Assembly (NCBI RefSeq): GCF_006345805.1
Contig: NC_043003.1
Location: forward strand, 32,674,001-32,738,000
From: Octopus sinensis
Lineage: Eukaryota
Length of the DNA: 64,000 nt
Direction: 5' to 3'
The notes under the pieces are model-generated. The model had not been told where the DNA came from. It did no database searches and saw only the letters and a program-made list of their open reading frames with translations. The position numbers and the translations under genes were made by a program. Shown piece by piece: positions 50,149 to 61,579 of the stretch (positions within the stretch are counted from its first letter, which is position 1; every line of letters begins with the position of its first letter).

Positions 50149-50584
50149 GGATCTTTTCGGTTTGAACGGCAGTTTTTTCTAGCGGTGTCATATGAAATTG
50201 TCACCCATAATTATGACCCTAGTACCGATCTATTGCATTTCAATCTGTTTTAGGGTTAGGGTTAGTTAGGGTTAGAGTTAGGGTTAGGGGTGGGGGAAGG
50301 GTATCTTTTTTTCTTCACAAATGTAAATAAACCCAATCTGTTTCTTAAACGAGGATCATATTCGTACAGCACAGAATGTTTTTACCTCAATAGACGTCAA
50401 TGATTGGTTGAAATTGCAGAAATTGAAGAAAAAAGCAACAAATATCTTACAAACTATAGAATTTTCTCAATAAAGCCAAGAGAAAAAGATGTTTTATAAA
50501 CACATTCTACCAGTATACGAAGTTTAAAATTTTTTAGTTACCTAGAAATTATGTTAAAAACTGTCATTCAAACCGAAAAGATCC
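50149..50584. mobile_element. 436-bp MITE with GG-starting TIRs, an 8-bp target duplication and internal TTAGGG repeats (Merlin-like)
   Basis: CATATTTC|GGATCTTTTCGGTTTGAACGGCAGTTTTT ... AAAAACTGTCATTCAAACCGAAAAGATCC|CATATTTC. TTAGGG units at 50250-50289. Confidence 0.85.
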
Positions 50585-51019
50585 CATATTTCTTATAAAA
50601 CTATATAGTTTGACTGTGACAAAAAAAAATTATGTGGACCGTTAACGTTAAGGAAATGCCTTGAGGTTTTTGCCCTGTAAGTACTCTTTCGTATATCAAG
50701 TGTGTATTTAAAAATTTCTTATATCATATCTTTATATAACATCTGCACTGATTACAGTATCTAAGTTGATAAACCGTTGATAAACTCTAGTTTAGCCCTC
50801 AATGGAACCGGCTGATGATCAAAAGTATGCAGGTCATGACTGTTCTGTCATTTTGAAAGACGTTAGGATGCGATAAGAAACTTTGGCGGCTATTCCAAGC
50901 TGGCAAAGCACCTGCTTAGAGCCTTCCTCGTTTCTGAGTAGAGGCATATGGTAGAGAGAGAAATTGAAACCTTTGATTGCTGATAGAATATTTACACTTT
51001 CACGGTCACAGAAGAGAGA

Positions 51020-51067
<48 letters not shown>

Positions 51068-51511
51068 TGAGAGAGAGAACAATGCATGTGATTACAGTTA
51101 TGTTCTTCTAGAATGGTATTTTTCTAATCTATTAGAAGCAGTAATAGCTTATGCTTTCGTTTAATTTCTTATCAAAATTTAGATGGTGCGGATTATCGGC
51201 AAAATATAGGTATGGATTTTGCGACTTTCGGAAAATCAGATAAAAGATTCATAACAAAATAAAGTTCTAGAAAGATTTGTGGTTAAGTAACCTTTAATTA
51301 GCCTCGTTTTGTGTCAACGGCTAAAGCATCAAATCCCAATTATTTCTATATACCAGCCAATGAAGGACCCACTACATGGTTCTTCCACTTACTTAAGATA
51401 ACAGACAAATCTCCCTCAAATCAAACATTGGTATTTTAGAAAGAAATGGTGCATTGGATAGTGTGGGTCACAGTTTATACACTATGTTTCAAAAAGATTG
51501 TACAATAGTCT

Positions 51512-51860
51512 TTGCGAATGCGTATGGTTCAGTGGTTAGAGCGTCGGGCACACAGTCATAAGGTAGTGAGTTCGATTCCCCGACCTGGCTGTGTGTTGTA
51601 TTGTGTTCTTGAGCAAGACACTTTATTTCACGTTGCTCCAGTCCACTAAGCTGTAGAAATTAGTTCCGACCTCACTGGGACCAAGCTGTATCGGCCCTTA
51701 CCTCTCCCTTGGAGAACATGGTGGTGTGAAGAGTGGCGGTTGGTACGCATGGATGACAGCTGGTCTTCTATAAACAATCTTGCTCGGACTTGTGCATCGG
51801 AGGAGAACTTTCAAGGTGTAATTCCACGGTCATTCATAACCAAAGAGGGGTCTACCCTTT
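51512..51860 (+). mobile_element. SINE, type C head/core with tail Y
   Basis: GGTTCAGTGGTTAGAGCG...GAGTTCGATTCCCC head and TTCTTGAGCAAGACACTTTATTTCACGTTGCTCCAGTCCAC core. Confidence 0.85.
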
Positions 51861-51879
51861 TTTACAATAGTCTTTAGGA

Positions 51880-52106
51880 TTAAGGCGGCTATCTGTCAGA
51901 ATCGTTAGCACCCCGGACAAAAATGTTAAGTGACATTTCATCTGGTTCTTTAATTGCTGAGTTCAAATACTGCCGAGATTAACTCCGCCTTTTATCTTAT
52001 CCTTTCGGTGTTGACAAAATAAAGTATTAACCAAGTACAAGCGTCAACGTAATCGAGTAACTGTCTCCCCACTATTATTGCTGGCCTTGTGTCAAAACTT
52101 GAAACA
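51880..52106 (+). mobile_element. Diverged SINE family B
   Basis: AAGGCGGCTATCTGTCAGAATCGTTAGCACCCCGG...GAGTTCAAATACTGCCGAG. Confidence 0.75.
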
Positions 52107-52513
52107 ATAATAGTCTTTAGGATGTTTTTGAGCTTAGCTCTGCTTAATCAGAACTGATTTCGTAATAAACAATAAGGGCCATAATGAAAACCATTTACAT
52201 AACCGTGATGTCATTTCTTGCAGTACAGCTGTAATGAATGACAACACGGTGTAGTGAACAATTGTTACGTAAGCTTGCAGTGCAAAGTTTCTGTTAAATG
52301 TTTTGTAGTTCGGAAGTTAAATGGAAATCGCTCTAACTTTAAATCTAAAATAAGAATCAAGAAGGAGAGAAGGGAGGTAGTGAGAAAGAAAGAGAGAGTG
52401 AAGTCTGAGAATCGAGGTAAACAAGGGTCTTTATATACGAGAGCGTGTTCAAACTTCTTAAAGGATTATTTTCTCATTTCTGATGAGAGAATATAACTTA
52501 GAATTAGTGATTA

Positions 52514-53044
52514 CCGTAAATCCTCGAGTATAATCCGCACTTTTCCCCCAAAATTTAATGGTCAAAATCACTAGTGCGTACTATATACGAGGTTAAAAAT
52601 GAGAGATATTTTCTAAGCAATGTCCGAGTCGCTATTTGCTGTCCGGCAATGTTTATTCAGACGCATTTTGTGATGTTGGGCGCGAAAATACCTTAAGCTA
52701 AGCCTGAAAGCAACGAAGTCATAAAAGAATCATTTATAACTTGCAGTAAGCAACATTTATTAAAATAAAAGTATCCAGAACACAGGATAACACTTAACAA
52801 AAACAATTTGCAAACATAATTACATTCCCATATAACAGTTAAGAACATCACCATTATTGTATTATGCATGCACGGAAGTGTTTGTTCGACTAGGTGCTGC
52901 TGGCTTAATTACCTTAATTGCACACGACTCAAGTTGGAGATGGGGTGCGTATTATACACAAGGCTTAAGTTTTTCAGAAGTACAGCTCCCTAAAAATTCC
53001 TTGCGTATAATACTCAAGGGCGGACTATACTCGAGGATTTACGG
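52514..53044. mobile_element. 531-bp Tc1/mariner-superfamily (pogo-like) MITE
   Basis: TA|CCGTAAATCCTCGAGTATAATCCGC ... GCGGACTATACTCGAGGATTTACGG|TA: 25-bp TIR with one mismatch and a TA target duplication. Confidence 0.92.
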
Positions 53045-53079
53045 TATATATGGTAACCTTTCATTATTATATGTGTACA

Positions 53080-53378
53080 GAAGGCGGCCAGCTGGCTGAA
53101 TCATTAGCACGCCGGGTGAAATGTTGAGGCCCCGTTCTTATAGCAGAAAGAATTATATGTGTACAGATAGCGGCGAGCTGGCTGAATCGTTAGCATACCG
53201 AGTGAAATACTCATCGGTATTTCGTCTGCCGCTACGTTCTGAGTTCAAATTCCGCCGAGGTCGACTTTGCCTTTCATCCTTTCGGGGTCGATTAAATAAG
53301 TACCAGTTACGCACTGGGGTCGATATAATCGACTAGTCCCCTCCCTACAAATTTAAGGCTTATGCCCATAATAGAAAC
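53080..53378 (+). mobile_element. SINE family B with a duplicated 5' end
   Basis: Partial head at 53081-53124. The full copy starts at about 53167. Confidence 0.88.
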
Positions 53379-53421
53379 GATAATTATAAGTGTATAAATT
53401 TTTTTTTTCAATATCACTGTT

Positions 53422-53906
53422 CAGTAATCACTCGCCATATTGCAGTTCACTTATCGCGCCCTCAGTACATCGCTGATTTTTTTGGCTAATAATTGTAAAT
53501 TTATATCGCGGACTCCTCAGTATATCGCGGGTTTCTGCGGTCGATAGGCATTTATAAATTTTTTTAAATTTTAATTATTTCTGTGGTAAAATAAGCATTT
53601 TAATGCCTAAAAATTAATAAGTAAAAGTACTGTACAGTACGGCACTGTATTAATTAATTAAAATATATTAAAAGACAACATTTAGTGTACCGTAGATGAG
53701 TAAACAAAGAATCGTATATACTGTATGATAAACGAAACTTGGGGGGCAAGTGTGTGGTGTTGTTTTGCTTTTATAAAATGAATATACACAAATTATAAAA
53801 ATAATTTTTTTTAAATATACCGTACAGTACTGTTTCTACTTCGCGAATTTTCACTTATCGCGGGGTGTTTTGGAATGAAATACCCGCGATAGTTGAGGGA
53901 TTACTG
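53422..53906. mobile_element. Tigger/pogo-like MITE
   Basis: CAGTAATCACTCG ... GCGATAGTTGAGGGATTACTG|TA, with internal ATCGCG repeats. Confidence 0.75.
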
Positions 53907-54011
53907 TATAAATATTCTGTCGTGTCTGGGGAGAGTCATTTTAAGGCACAGAATATGCTTCAACACACGAACTCACATAAAGAATCTTGCAAACCAAATC
54001 CAAAGAAGGAA

Positions 54012-54042
<31 letters not shown>

Positions 54043-55799
54043 TGTATGTATGTATGTATGCATGTATGTATGTATGCATGCATGCATTTATGTATGTATG
54101 TATGCATGTATGCATGTGTGTATGTATGCATGCGTGCATGTAAGTATGTATGTATGCATGTGTGTATGTATGCATGTATGTATGTATGTATGTATGTATG
54201 TATGTATGCATGCATGCATGCAAGTATGTATGTATGTATGTATGATGTATGTATGTATGTATGTATGTATGTATGTATGTATGTATGTATGTATGTATAT
54301 GTACATGAGTAATCGAAATGCATATAAATAGGGGTAATCCGTTCCAAGCAACATAAATGCGAGAAACAATGTTTTATTTGCCCAGCAATCAATAGCAAAT
54401 GCATAAAGATATATATGTAATCGTGTGTGTGTGGTTGTATGTGTGCGCGCGTGCGAGTGCGTTTTTTCGCTAATGAATGATTTTGAAAGGTAGGGCGATC
54501 TGTTAACAGAATCGTCCGACTCAAACCTTCCCTTCAAAACTACTGAGCATCTGCCTAAATCGGGAGTCAATACAGTGGTGTTACCCATATACAAACGGTT
54601 CTCTAAATGAACAATCCTGAATAATGAAGGGTTTTGTTAGGGATTTTTTTTTTCCGAAGAAAATTACAACTAAACAAGCTAAAATTTAATCAACGAACTG
54701 TGAACAGGTCATACATGCGTACACGTAACTGGGAGCACATTCATTTAACGATGATAGATTTGAACAACAACCCACGAACAGACAATGCACGTGTATAAAT
54801 ACTGGAAGAGCATGTAGGAACGGCACACTAAATTTTATAGCGAACAAATTTTCTGAAGACATTACTTTCAGCTAAGCAAAAATGTTGTCAAAGTAGATAA
54901 GGGTATTTATTCCAGGTGACACCGTTCAATCTAGGGGGAATAACTTTTCTGTTAATAAATAATTCTTGGCTGCGATTTTCCATTGTTTTGGTTTACAGAG
55001 AATTTCTAAATTCCACTGCAATTATGAACTCGGTTCTAGTATATAACTTGGCATTTTTGCCTGTATTTCTTTCCATATTTCTACCAAATAATTTATTCGG
55101 ACCAACTATTGGTAAGTTTTATAGAAAAACAATAATAGCCGATGAAAACAAAACAACCCAATAACCAAAACTATTTATTCTTTTAGAAACTTTATAAATA
55201 TTAACTATTTCAAATAATGTCTTTAATCTCCTTTTGTAAAGGCATTAGTGTTACTACTTCCTATCTCGTAGTACCTAAACATATCCTGTTTTTGCTAGAA
55301 GTTATGTTGATTTTTTTTTATGTTTGTTTTTGTTATTTGACAATTTACGATAAATATTTATATGTAATATAGGTATTCTGAATAACAGCTATTGTGTGGC
55401 TGCTAGAAAAAAAAAAACATAAAGGGATTCTATATTTTATGCGAAGGTAAATTATGCTATTCGTGCGTTTTCTAAAGGAAAAAAGTTGGGGATAGTGGAA
55501 TGTAGTATCTTCGGGTGGAGTTTGGGTTTGAGCTGTCCTTCGAAGTCAAATACCTTATGAGAAAAGAAAGAGTACGGAGATAGACGTCAAAAATGCAAAC
55601 AATTAAAATTTTGAGATTTATTTTGTATTTTTTTCCAGAATCGTAACTTTGTGTAGAAAAAATATTATAGAACAAAAACTACAATTTTCCTTTCTGTTAG
55701 GTGTGGGACTTCGAAGGGCTCCAAATCTCTACCATCGCTTTTATTAAGAATTTAAACCGTATCGCTGATTAATCTTGCCATAGTAGTGACCACTTCCTG

Positions 55800-55960
55800 C
55801 CCAGTGACCCATGCTAAAGCGATTATCATTGTAAATTATTCTCGCTAATTGTTTATTCTCATAATTATCACAAATATCTGTCCAGCAGCCCACACTAAAA
55901 CGATTATCGTTGTTAATTATTCTCGCTAATTGCTTTATATTATAATTATCACAAATGACT
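55800..55960 (+). repeat. 81-bp tandem duplication
   Basis: AAARCGATTATCRTTGTWAATTATTCTCGCTAATTG at 55816 and 55897. Confidence 0.85.
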
Positions 55961-56099
55961 ATCACTTTACTTTAAGTTCGAAAGAAATTAAAGTCTTATA
56001 TTCCTACAAATGTGGCAATCGTTATAGAGTTGAGGGGGTGATAAAGATATATTGTGTCGTGATTTCGATTTTTGGCCCCTAAAGCATGAATGTTTACAT

Positions 56100-56134
<35 letters not shown>

Positions 56135-56211
56135 CCATTGTTCTATTCTTGTTTTCTTCTTAACTGCTATTTGGTGTAAATGCTACAAAGAAAAGTATCC
56201 AAAGTTAATCA

Positions 56212-56578
56212 TAGGCGCAGGAGTGGCTGTGTGGTAAGTAGCTTGCTTACCAACCACATGATTCCAGGTTCGGTCCCACTGCATGGCTTCTACTATAGCC
56301 TCGGGCCGACCAAGGCCTTGTGAGTGGATTTGGTAGACAGAAACTGAAAGAAGCCCGTCGTATATATGCATATATATGTGTGTCTGTGTTTGTCCCCCAA
56401 CATCGCTTGACAAGTGATGCTGGTGTGTTTACGTCCCTGTAACTTAGCGGTTCGGCAAAAGAGACCAATAGAATAAGTACTAGGCTTACAAAGAATAAGT
56501 CCTGGGGTCGATTTGCTTGGCTAATGGCGGTGCTCCAGCATGGCTACAGTCAAATGACTGAGACATGTAAAAAAGAGT
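56212..56578 (+). mobile_element. SINE family A (small internal deletion)
   Basis: Head-to-tail match. Confidence 0.9.
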
Positions 56579-56895
56579 AATATATATATATATATAGAGA
56601 GAGAGAGGTGATTGGTATTTCTGGACAAATAGTAGTCACAGGCATAGTCATTGCAGTTAAGCATGGAATAAACAAACTGCATCTGTTGTTTGTTAGCTTT
56701 GGAGACACTACATCCTTCAAAACTTCCATGCTTCCTGAAATTCATCAACGCTACATCTGATGTCCCTCACCTCAGTTTTTTTTTTTAAGACTTATTTATT
56801 GTTTGCTTCCTGTGCATATTTTAGGTACTGTTCATGCAATTTTAGTTACTTTTTCTGAGAAGTTGTAGTGCACCTGAGCATTGTATACAATAAAT

Positions 56896-57070
56896 TCATT
56901 ACCTCCACCTTAACCAAGGCAGAGTTATTGTTTTCAGTCATGTTTGTTTGTCCATGGACAAGATGTCTCAAGAACTGCTGGATGGATTCAGATGAAACTT
57001 CCAGGGATGTTTGGCCTCATGACTGACACAAACTGATTAGATTTTGGGATTGATCCAGTACCAGACAAAG
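56896..57070 (+). mobile_element. Possible Helentron/HINE-like non-autonomous element, 5' part
   Basis: ATTACCTCCACC...CCAAGGCAGAGTTATTGTTTTC...TGTTTGTTTGTCC...GGATGGATTCAGATGAAACTT resembles the 5' end of DINE/HINE-type elements. Recognised by pattern only. Confidence 0.45.
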
Positions 57071-57072
57071 AT

Positions 57073-57218
57073 AGTAAAAGTGTATATATACAGTGAGAAC
57101 AAAGGTGGAATTGTTCAGGATATGTAGTGCCATAAATTTCTATGTACAAAGAAATTTATGGCACTACATATCCTGAACAATTCCACCTTTGTTCTCACTG
57201 TATATATACACTTTTACT
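57073..57218. repeat. Perfect 69-bp inverted repeat with an 8-nt loop
   Basis: 57073-57141 is the exact reverse complement of 57150-57218. The loop is ATGTACAA. Confidence 0.97.
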
Positions 57219-57601
57219 TTTTTACTTGTTTCAGTCATTTTGACTGCAGCTATGCTGGGGCACCGCTTTTAGTTGAGCGAATCGGTCCCAGGACTTATTT
57301 TTTGTAAGCCTAGTACTTATTCTATTGGTCTCTTTTGCCGAACCGCTAAGTTACAGGGATGTAAACACACCAGCATCGGTTGTCAAGCGATGTTGGGGGA
57401 CACACACACAAACATACATACATATATATATATATACGATGGGGTTCTTTCAGTTTCTGCCTACCAAATCCACTCTCAAGGCCTTGGTCGGCCCGAGGCT
57501 ATAATAGAAGACACTAGCCCAAGGTGCCATACAGTGGGACTGAATCCGGAACTATGTGGTTGGTAAGCAAGCTAGTTACCACACAGCCACTTCTGCACCT
57601 A
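57211..57601 (-). mobile_element. SINE family A, CpG-decayed
   Basis: Full match, with repeated CG to CA/TG changes relative to 34868-35280. Confidence 0.9.
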
Positions 57602-58569
57602 TCATCAATTATCATCATAAAATAGCTCTTCTTGTCAACTCCCCACTATCTATATTAATGAAAGCGAAATTATGTCTGTCCATTTGGGAACCCAGTATCT
57701 CAGTCTACATTTGCTCTACATAGATATATTGTAGCTTTTTGGAATCAGGATGATCCTGGGATTGAAAATTTGCCCATCATGTGGTTCTTGAAGATCTGAT
57801 TTAAAAGCATTTGGGTTGCTATTTGTAGCAGATAAAGCTTGTTTGATTCAAGCCATCTTGATTGGCATTTGCCAGATGACTCCAGTGATCAAGGAGAGAT
57901 AAATGGCATTGGCTTTGTTACTTTTACATTGAGATAAAATCTTTGGAACAAATTGACCAACAGCTAGAATTCAACTTGGGACTAGAATAATGGAATGATT
58001 GCATTACAGAATTAATTTTCATCTGTCCTTAACCTCTGACTAAACTGCTGGGGCATATAGTCATGCTATGTAGCTCTCTTTAGTTTGGGGCCACAGGCTC
58101 AATTAGCTTTCCACAGGAGCCAACTTAAAAGTCTGCACAGAGTGCCGCTTTTAAACTTGTTCTTAATTATAAGAACTAAATCAACCACAGACTTATTCAA
58201 AACATAACCTCTAAAATAGGGCATTCACTTAGCTCTTTTATTATTCTTCTGTCAATTAAATCTAAATTTCAATATTTTAAATGTTTTTCCCAGTTGCACA
58301 TGTCAATTCTGTCCACTACTCCCTACTCATATACCTCTGTCCACTACTCACTTCTCATTTACCTTTACCATCCCATTTATATTCTGATCCCTGTACTTTG
58401 TGAGTATGCCCTGGCTCTTTGCCACCATCTCTCTTTTGGGTTTGTTTTTTTTCTATCACCCTTCTCTCTCGTACTCTCGCACTTTTTCCACTCTGTCTCC
58501 TATTCTTGATCATTCTCTCTCTCTCTCTGACTGGATAACCATGTAGCTCCTCCAAAGCAAGACACTTAT

Positions 58570-58965
58570 TTCCATCCCTCTGTCACAATCTAACCTCTCT
58601 TCACTTGGCACAAGGCCACCTTCTCCAGTGCCCCCACCCCTCTCAAAGGACCTTTGTCTTGTGAGTTACTTAGTGACCCTGCCAGTGCTGGTGCCACATA
58701 AAAAGCATTCAGTCTACACTGAATTGGTCGTTGTTTAGAAGCGTATCCAACTAAAAACCATGCCAAAACAGACCTCACCAGTGCTGGTGCCACATAAAAA
58801 GCACTGTCCACTCTATAGAGTGGTTAATGTAGGAAATGGCTTCTATCTGTAAAAGTCATGCTAAAACAGACAGTGCTGCTTGGTGCAGTCTTCTGGCTTG
58901 CCAGCTCCTGTCAAACTGTCTAACCCATGCCAGCATGAAAAACAGACGTTAAATGATGATTATGA
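58570..58965 (+). mobile_element. Old SINE/RTE-tail-type repeat with a (TGA)n-like end and an internal duplication
   Basis: CCAGTGCTGGTGCCACATAAAAAGCA occurs twice. Ends CCCATGCCAGCATGAAAAACAGACGTTAAATGATGAT. A homologous 3' end lies at 59834-60020 (-). Confidence 0.7.
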
Positions 58966-59531
58966 AGATTATGTACAAGAAAGGTGAACAGTACACACCC
59001 TTGGTAGAGCCCGACACTCCTGTTGAATAGTTTCAGTTTAGCACCATTTATCCAAATACAAATGCTAGAGCATTTGTATAAATACTTCAAGGCAACGAGA
59101 AACTGTCTACTGATCCATTATTCCTGCAGACCCTTCCACAATGTGTCTTTGAAGTAATATTATTTGAGAGAGTCATAGCTTGGAGATCAGAAAGGCACTT
59201 CAAGTAGAGTCATTACTTCTCCGAATTGAGAAGTCACAGGTCTGATACTCTGGACATGTGGTAAGAATGACCCTGGAAAAAAAATCACTGAACAGGTTTT
59301 ACAGGTAAAGCCAAACAGCTAGAAACCTAGGGGTAGACCATGAACAAGATGGTTGTATAACATCCATGAGCTTGGTTGGTCTCACCTGGGGACCCAGCCA
59401 GATCAATTGGAGATGGTTGCTTCTGACAGGGCCCAATGGAAGGCATACTTGAGGACTTTGTCCCAACAGCCCTCTCAGGAATAAGTGGGCAAAGATGAGA
59501 TGAGATTATGTTTTTCTATATTTCATTGCAG

Positions 59532-59760
59532 GTATTTCATGTATAACTGTTTGTATAAGTTGTTCACGGTTATACTATTTATAATAATAAGTCTCAATTT
59601 TTGTGGATAACTCTAGATTTGACTGTTTGTTAAAAGAGAACATTGACTTCATATATATGGAAACTCTTTGTCAATAAAAGAAGCAACTTCTCATATTGTA
59701 CATTTGTTTATCAATTCATGTCACTAATTGTTGTTGAGAAAGTCTGATCATCTCTTGAAA
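59532..59760 (+). other. Possible non-coding 5' exon of the GT31 gene
   Basis: Acceptor TTTCATTGCAG| ending at 59531 and donor |GTAAGC at 59761. Non-repetitive. No reading frame continues into the CDS. Confidence 0.3.
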
Positions 59761-59833
59761 GTAAGCCTTTAGCATGAAGATATTGAATGAAATGTTTCTA
59801 TCTTTGAGCATCCTATATTTATTTTAGGTTTTT

Positions 59834-60020
59834 TTTTTTTCTTCAGAGGTCCTCATCATCCTTTAATGTCTGGCTTCCATGCTGTCATGGGTTGACTGTT
59901 CAACAGGATCTGACCAGTCAGTGGACTGCATTACTCTCTACTGACTACCTTAGCATGGTCTTTACAGTTGGATGCCCTTCGTAACAGCAACCACTTTACA
60001 AAGTGTACTGGATGCTTTTT
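59834..60020 (-). mobile_element. 3' end of the same old repeat as 58570-58965
   Basis: CATCATCCTTTAATGTCTGGCTTCCATGCTGTCATGGGTTG...ACAGTTGGATGCCCTTCGTAAC. Confidence 0.65.
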
Positions 60021-60355
60021 TTTTTTTCTTTTTTCTTTCTGTGACTAATGATTATTGGTTCAGATCACATATTTGTGATTTAGAAATTCTGACCACTTGT
60101 TCATATACTTTATAACATGGAATTATTGAATGAAATGTTCCTAGCTCTGAATAGCCCATCTTTATTTCGGGCATTTTGTTTCCTCTTATTCATCATTATC
60201 ATTTAATATCTGGTTTCTGTACTGACATAGTTGGACAGTTCAACAGGATCTGAGTAATCAGAGGGTTCCTTTTTTATTCCAATATCTACTTTGTTGTGGT
60301 TTCTATAGCTGGAACCCTTCCTAATTTTTATTTTTCATTTGCCAACTATTTATTT

Positions 60356-61579
60356 ATGCTTGTAACTGCTGTAAATATAATTATTTTTGCCTTTTTATTT
60401 TCAGTGTTTGCTCATACCAATACAGATGATGATACTGATGCAGTTCCTCTTGATACCTTTGTCACGTCACGTCCTAGGGACCCACGCTCTGCCGTACCTG
60501 AAAAATTTTACAACGCACCACAAAATTGTAATCCACATCCATATATGTATCTTATTAACCCTTCTACATTGTGTGTCCATAAAGATGAGGTATTCCTCTT
60601 AATTCTTGTTCGCACAATTTTTTCACAATTTGAGCGTCGGATGGCAATTCGAGAGACGTGGGGAGACAAGAAAAATTTCCGCAACGTCAGTGTGGTAGTA
60701 GCCTTCCTCTTTGGTAGAGACCAAGACCTTCACTTACAACCATCTATTCATCGTGAAAGTGAGATTTATAAGGATATCATCCAGGAAGATTTTATTGATT
60801 CGTATGATAATTTAACACTCAAAACTGTTATGGCCTGGAAGTGGGCGAGGCTCTATTGTCTACATGCCACCTTTGTTATGGTGATGAATGATGAAATGTT
60901 TGTGGATATTTTCAAGTTGATTCCTTACTTACGTCAGATATCTCTGAAATCTGAATATGTTGACCATTTTGCCTTGTGTTACTACTTCCCTTGTTGTGAC
61001 TTAGTGTATCGCAGGGGCAAATATGCTGCTGCTAACTACTCCAGTACAGCATATCCTGAGTACTGTTCGGGTGTTGCCTATGCAGCATCTATGAAAGTCA
61101 TCAATCAACTTTATCTCATGTCTATCGACACACCAATGTTCATGCCAGATGATGCCTGGATAGGAGTCCTTGCTGAGAAACTTCGTCTGAAATTCATTGA
61201 CACCGATTATGTTTTTGAGGGTATTTCTGTCAAAAATGGCATACTGAAGAAGTTTATGAATCCTGACTATCTTGGCAGTGCAACCATGATTGCAGTGTTG
61301 GACTATGTATTTCCTAACAAAGAGGCTGTCATCATTCGTCACTTGTGGCGTCTTGTTCTCGATCATCACCGGAAGTCTTTCTTACGTAATCAAGTGGCAG
61401 TCAAAAAGATGAATTTAAATACTGACTGGGAGATACTCGAAGCAAACAATGTCTTTTATTTGGTTGCCTATATGATGTTTGTTGATGTGTTTGTTGTTGG
61501 GATCATCTTATGCTTATTGTTTTATCGAAGAAAAATCAAATTAGGCTGCAAAGCATCATACCAGTGTCTGAATTACTGA
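60356..61579 (+). CDS. GT31-family beta-1,3-galactosyltransferase-like protein (407 aa from ATG 60356) with N- and C-terminal hydrophobic segments
   Basis: Uninterrupted ORF with GT31 motifs: FLLILV, RRMAIRETWG, DIIQEDFIDSYDNLTLKTVM, W...YC, YPEYCSGVAY, DDAWIG. The start is uncertain: either ATG 60356 (possible acceptor TAG ending at 60308) or splicing into TTTTCAG|TG at 60404/60405. Confidence 0.9.
   Translation: MLVTAVNIIIFAFLFSVFAHTNTDDDTDAVPLDTFVTSRPRDPRSAVPEKFYNAPQNCNPHPYMYLINPSTLCVHKDEVFLLILVRTIFSQFERRMAIRETWGDKKNFRNVSVVVAFLFGRDQDLHLQPSIHRESEIYKDIIQEDFIDSYDNLTLKTVMAWKWARLYCLHATFVMVMNDEMFVDIFKLIPYLRQISLKSEYVDHFALCYYFPCCDLVYRRGKYAAANYSSTAYPEYCSGVAYAASMKVINQLYLMSIDTPMFMPDDAWIGVLAEKLRLKFIDTDYVFEGISVKNGILKKFMNPDYLGSATMIAVLDYVFPNKEAVIIRHLWRLVLDHHRKSFLRNQVAVKKMNLNTDWEILEANNVFYLVAYMMFVDVFVVGIILCLLFYRRKIKLGCKASYQCLNY

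Noticed and set aside
60296-60355. GTG start of the 427-aa ORF given in the track
   Set aside because: This is a eukaryotic gene, and the segment overlaps an acceptor-like TAG ending at 60308; ATG 60356 or a spliced start is more plausible.
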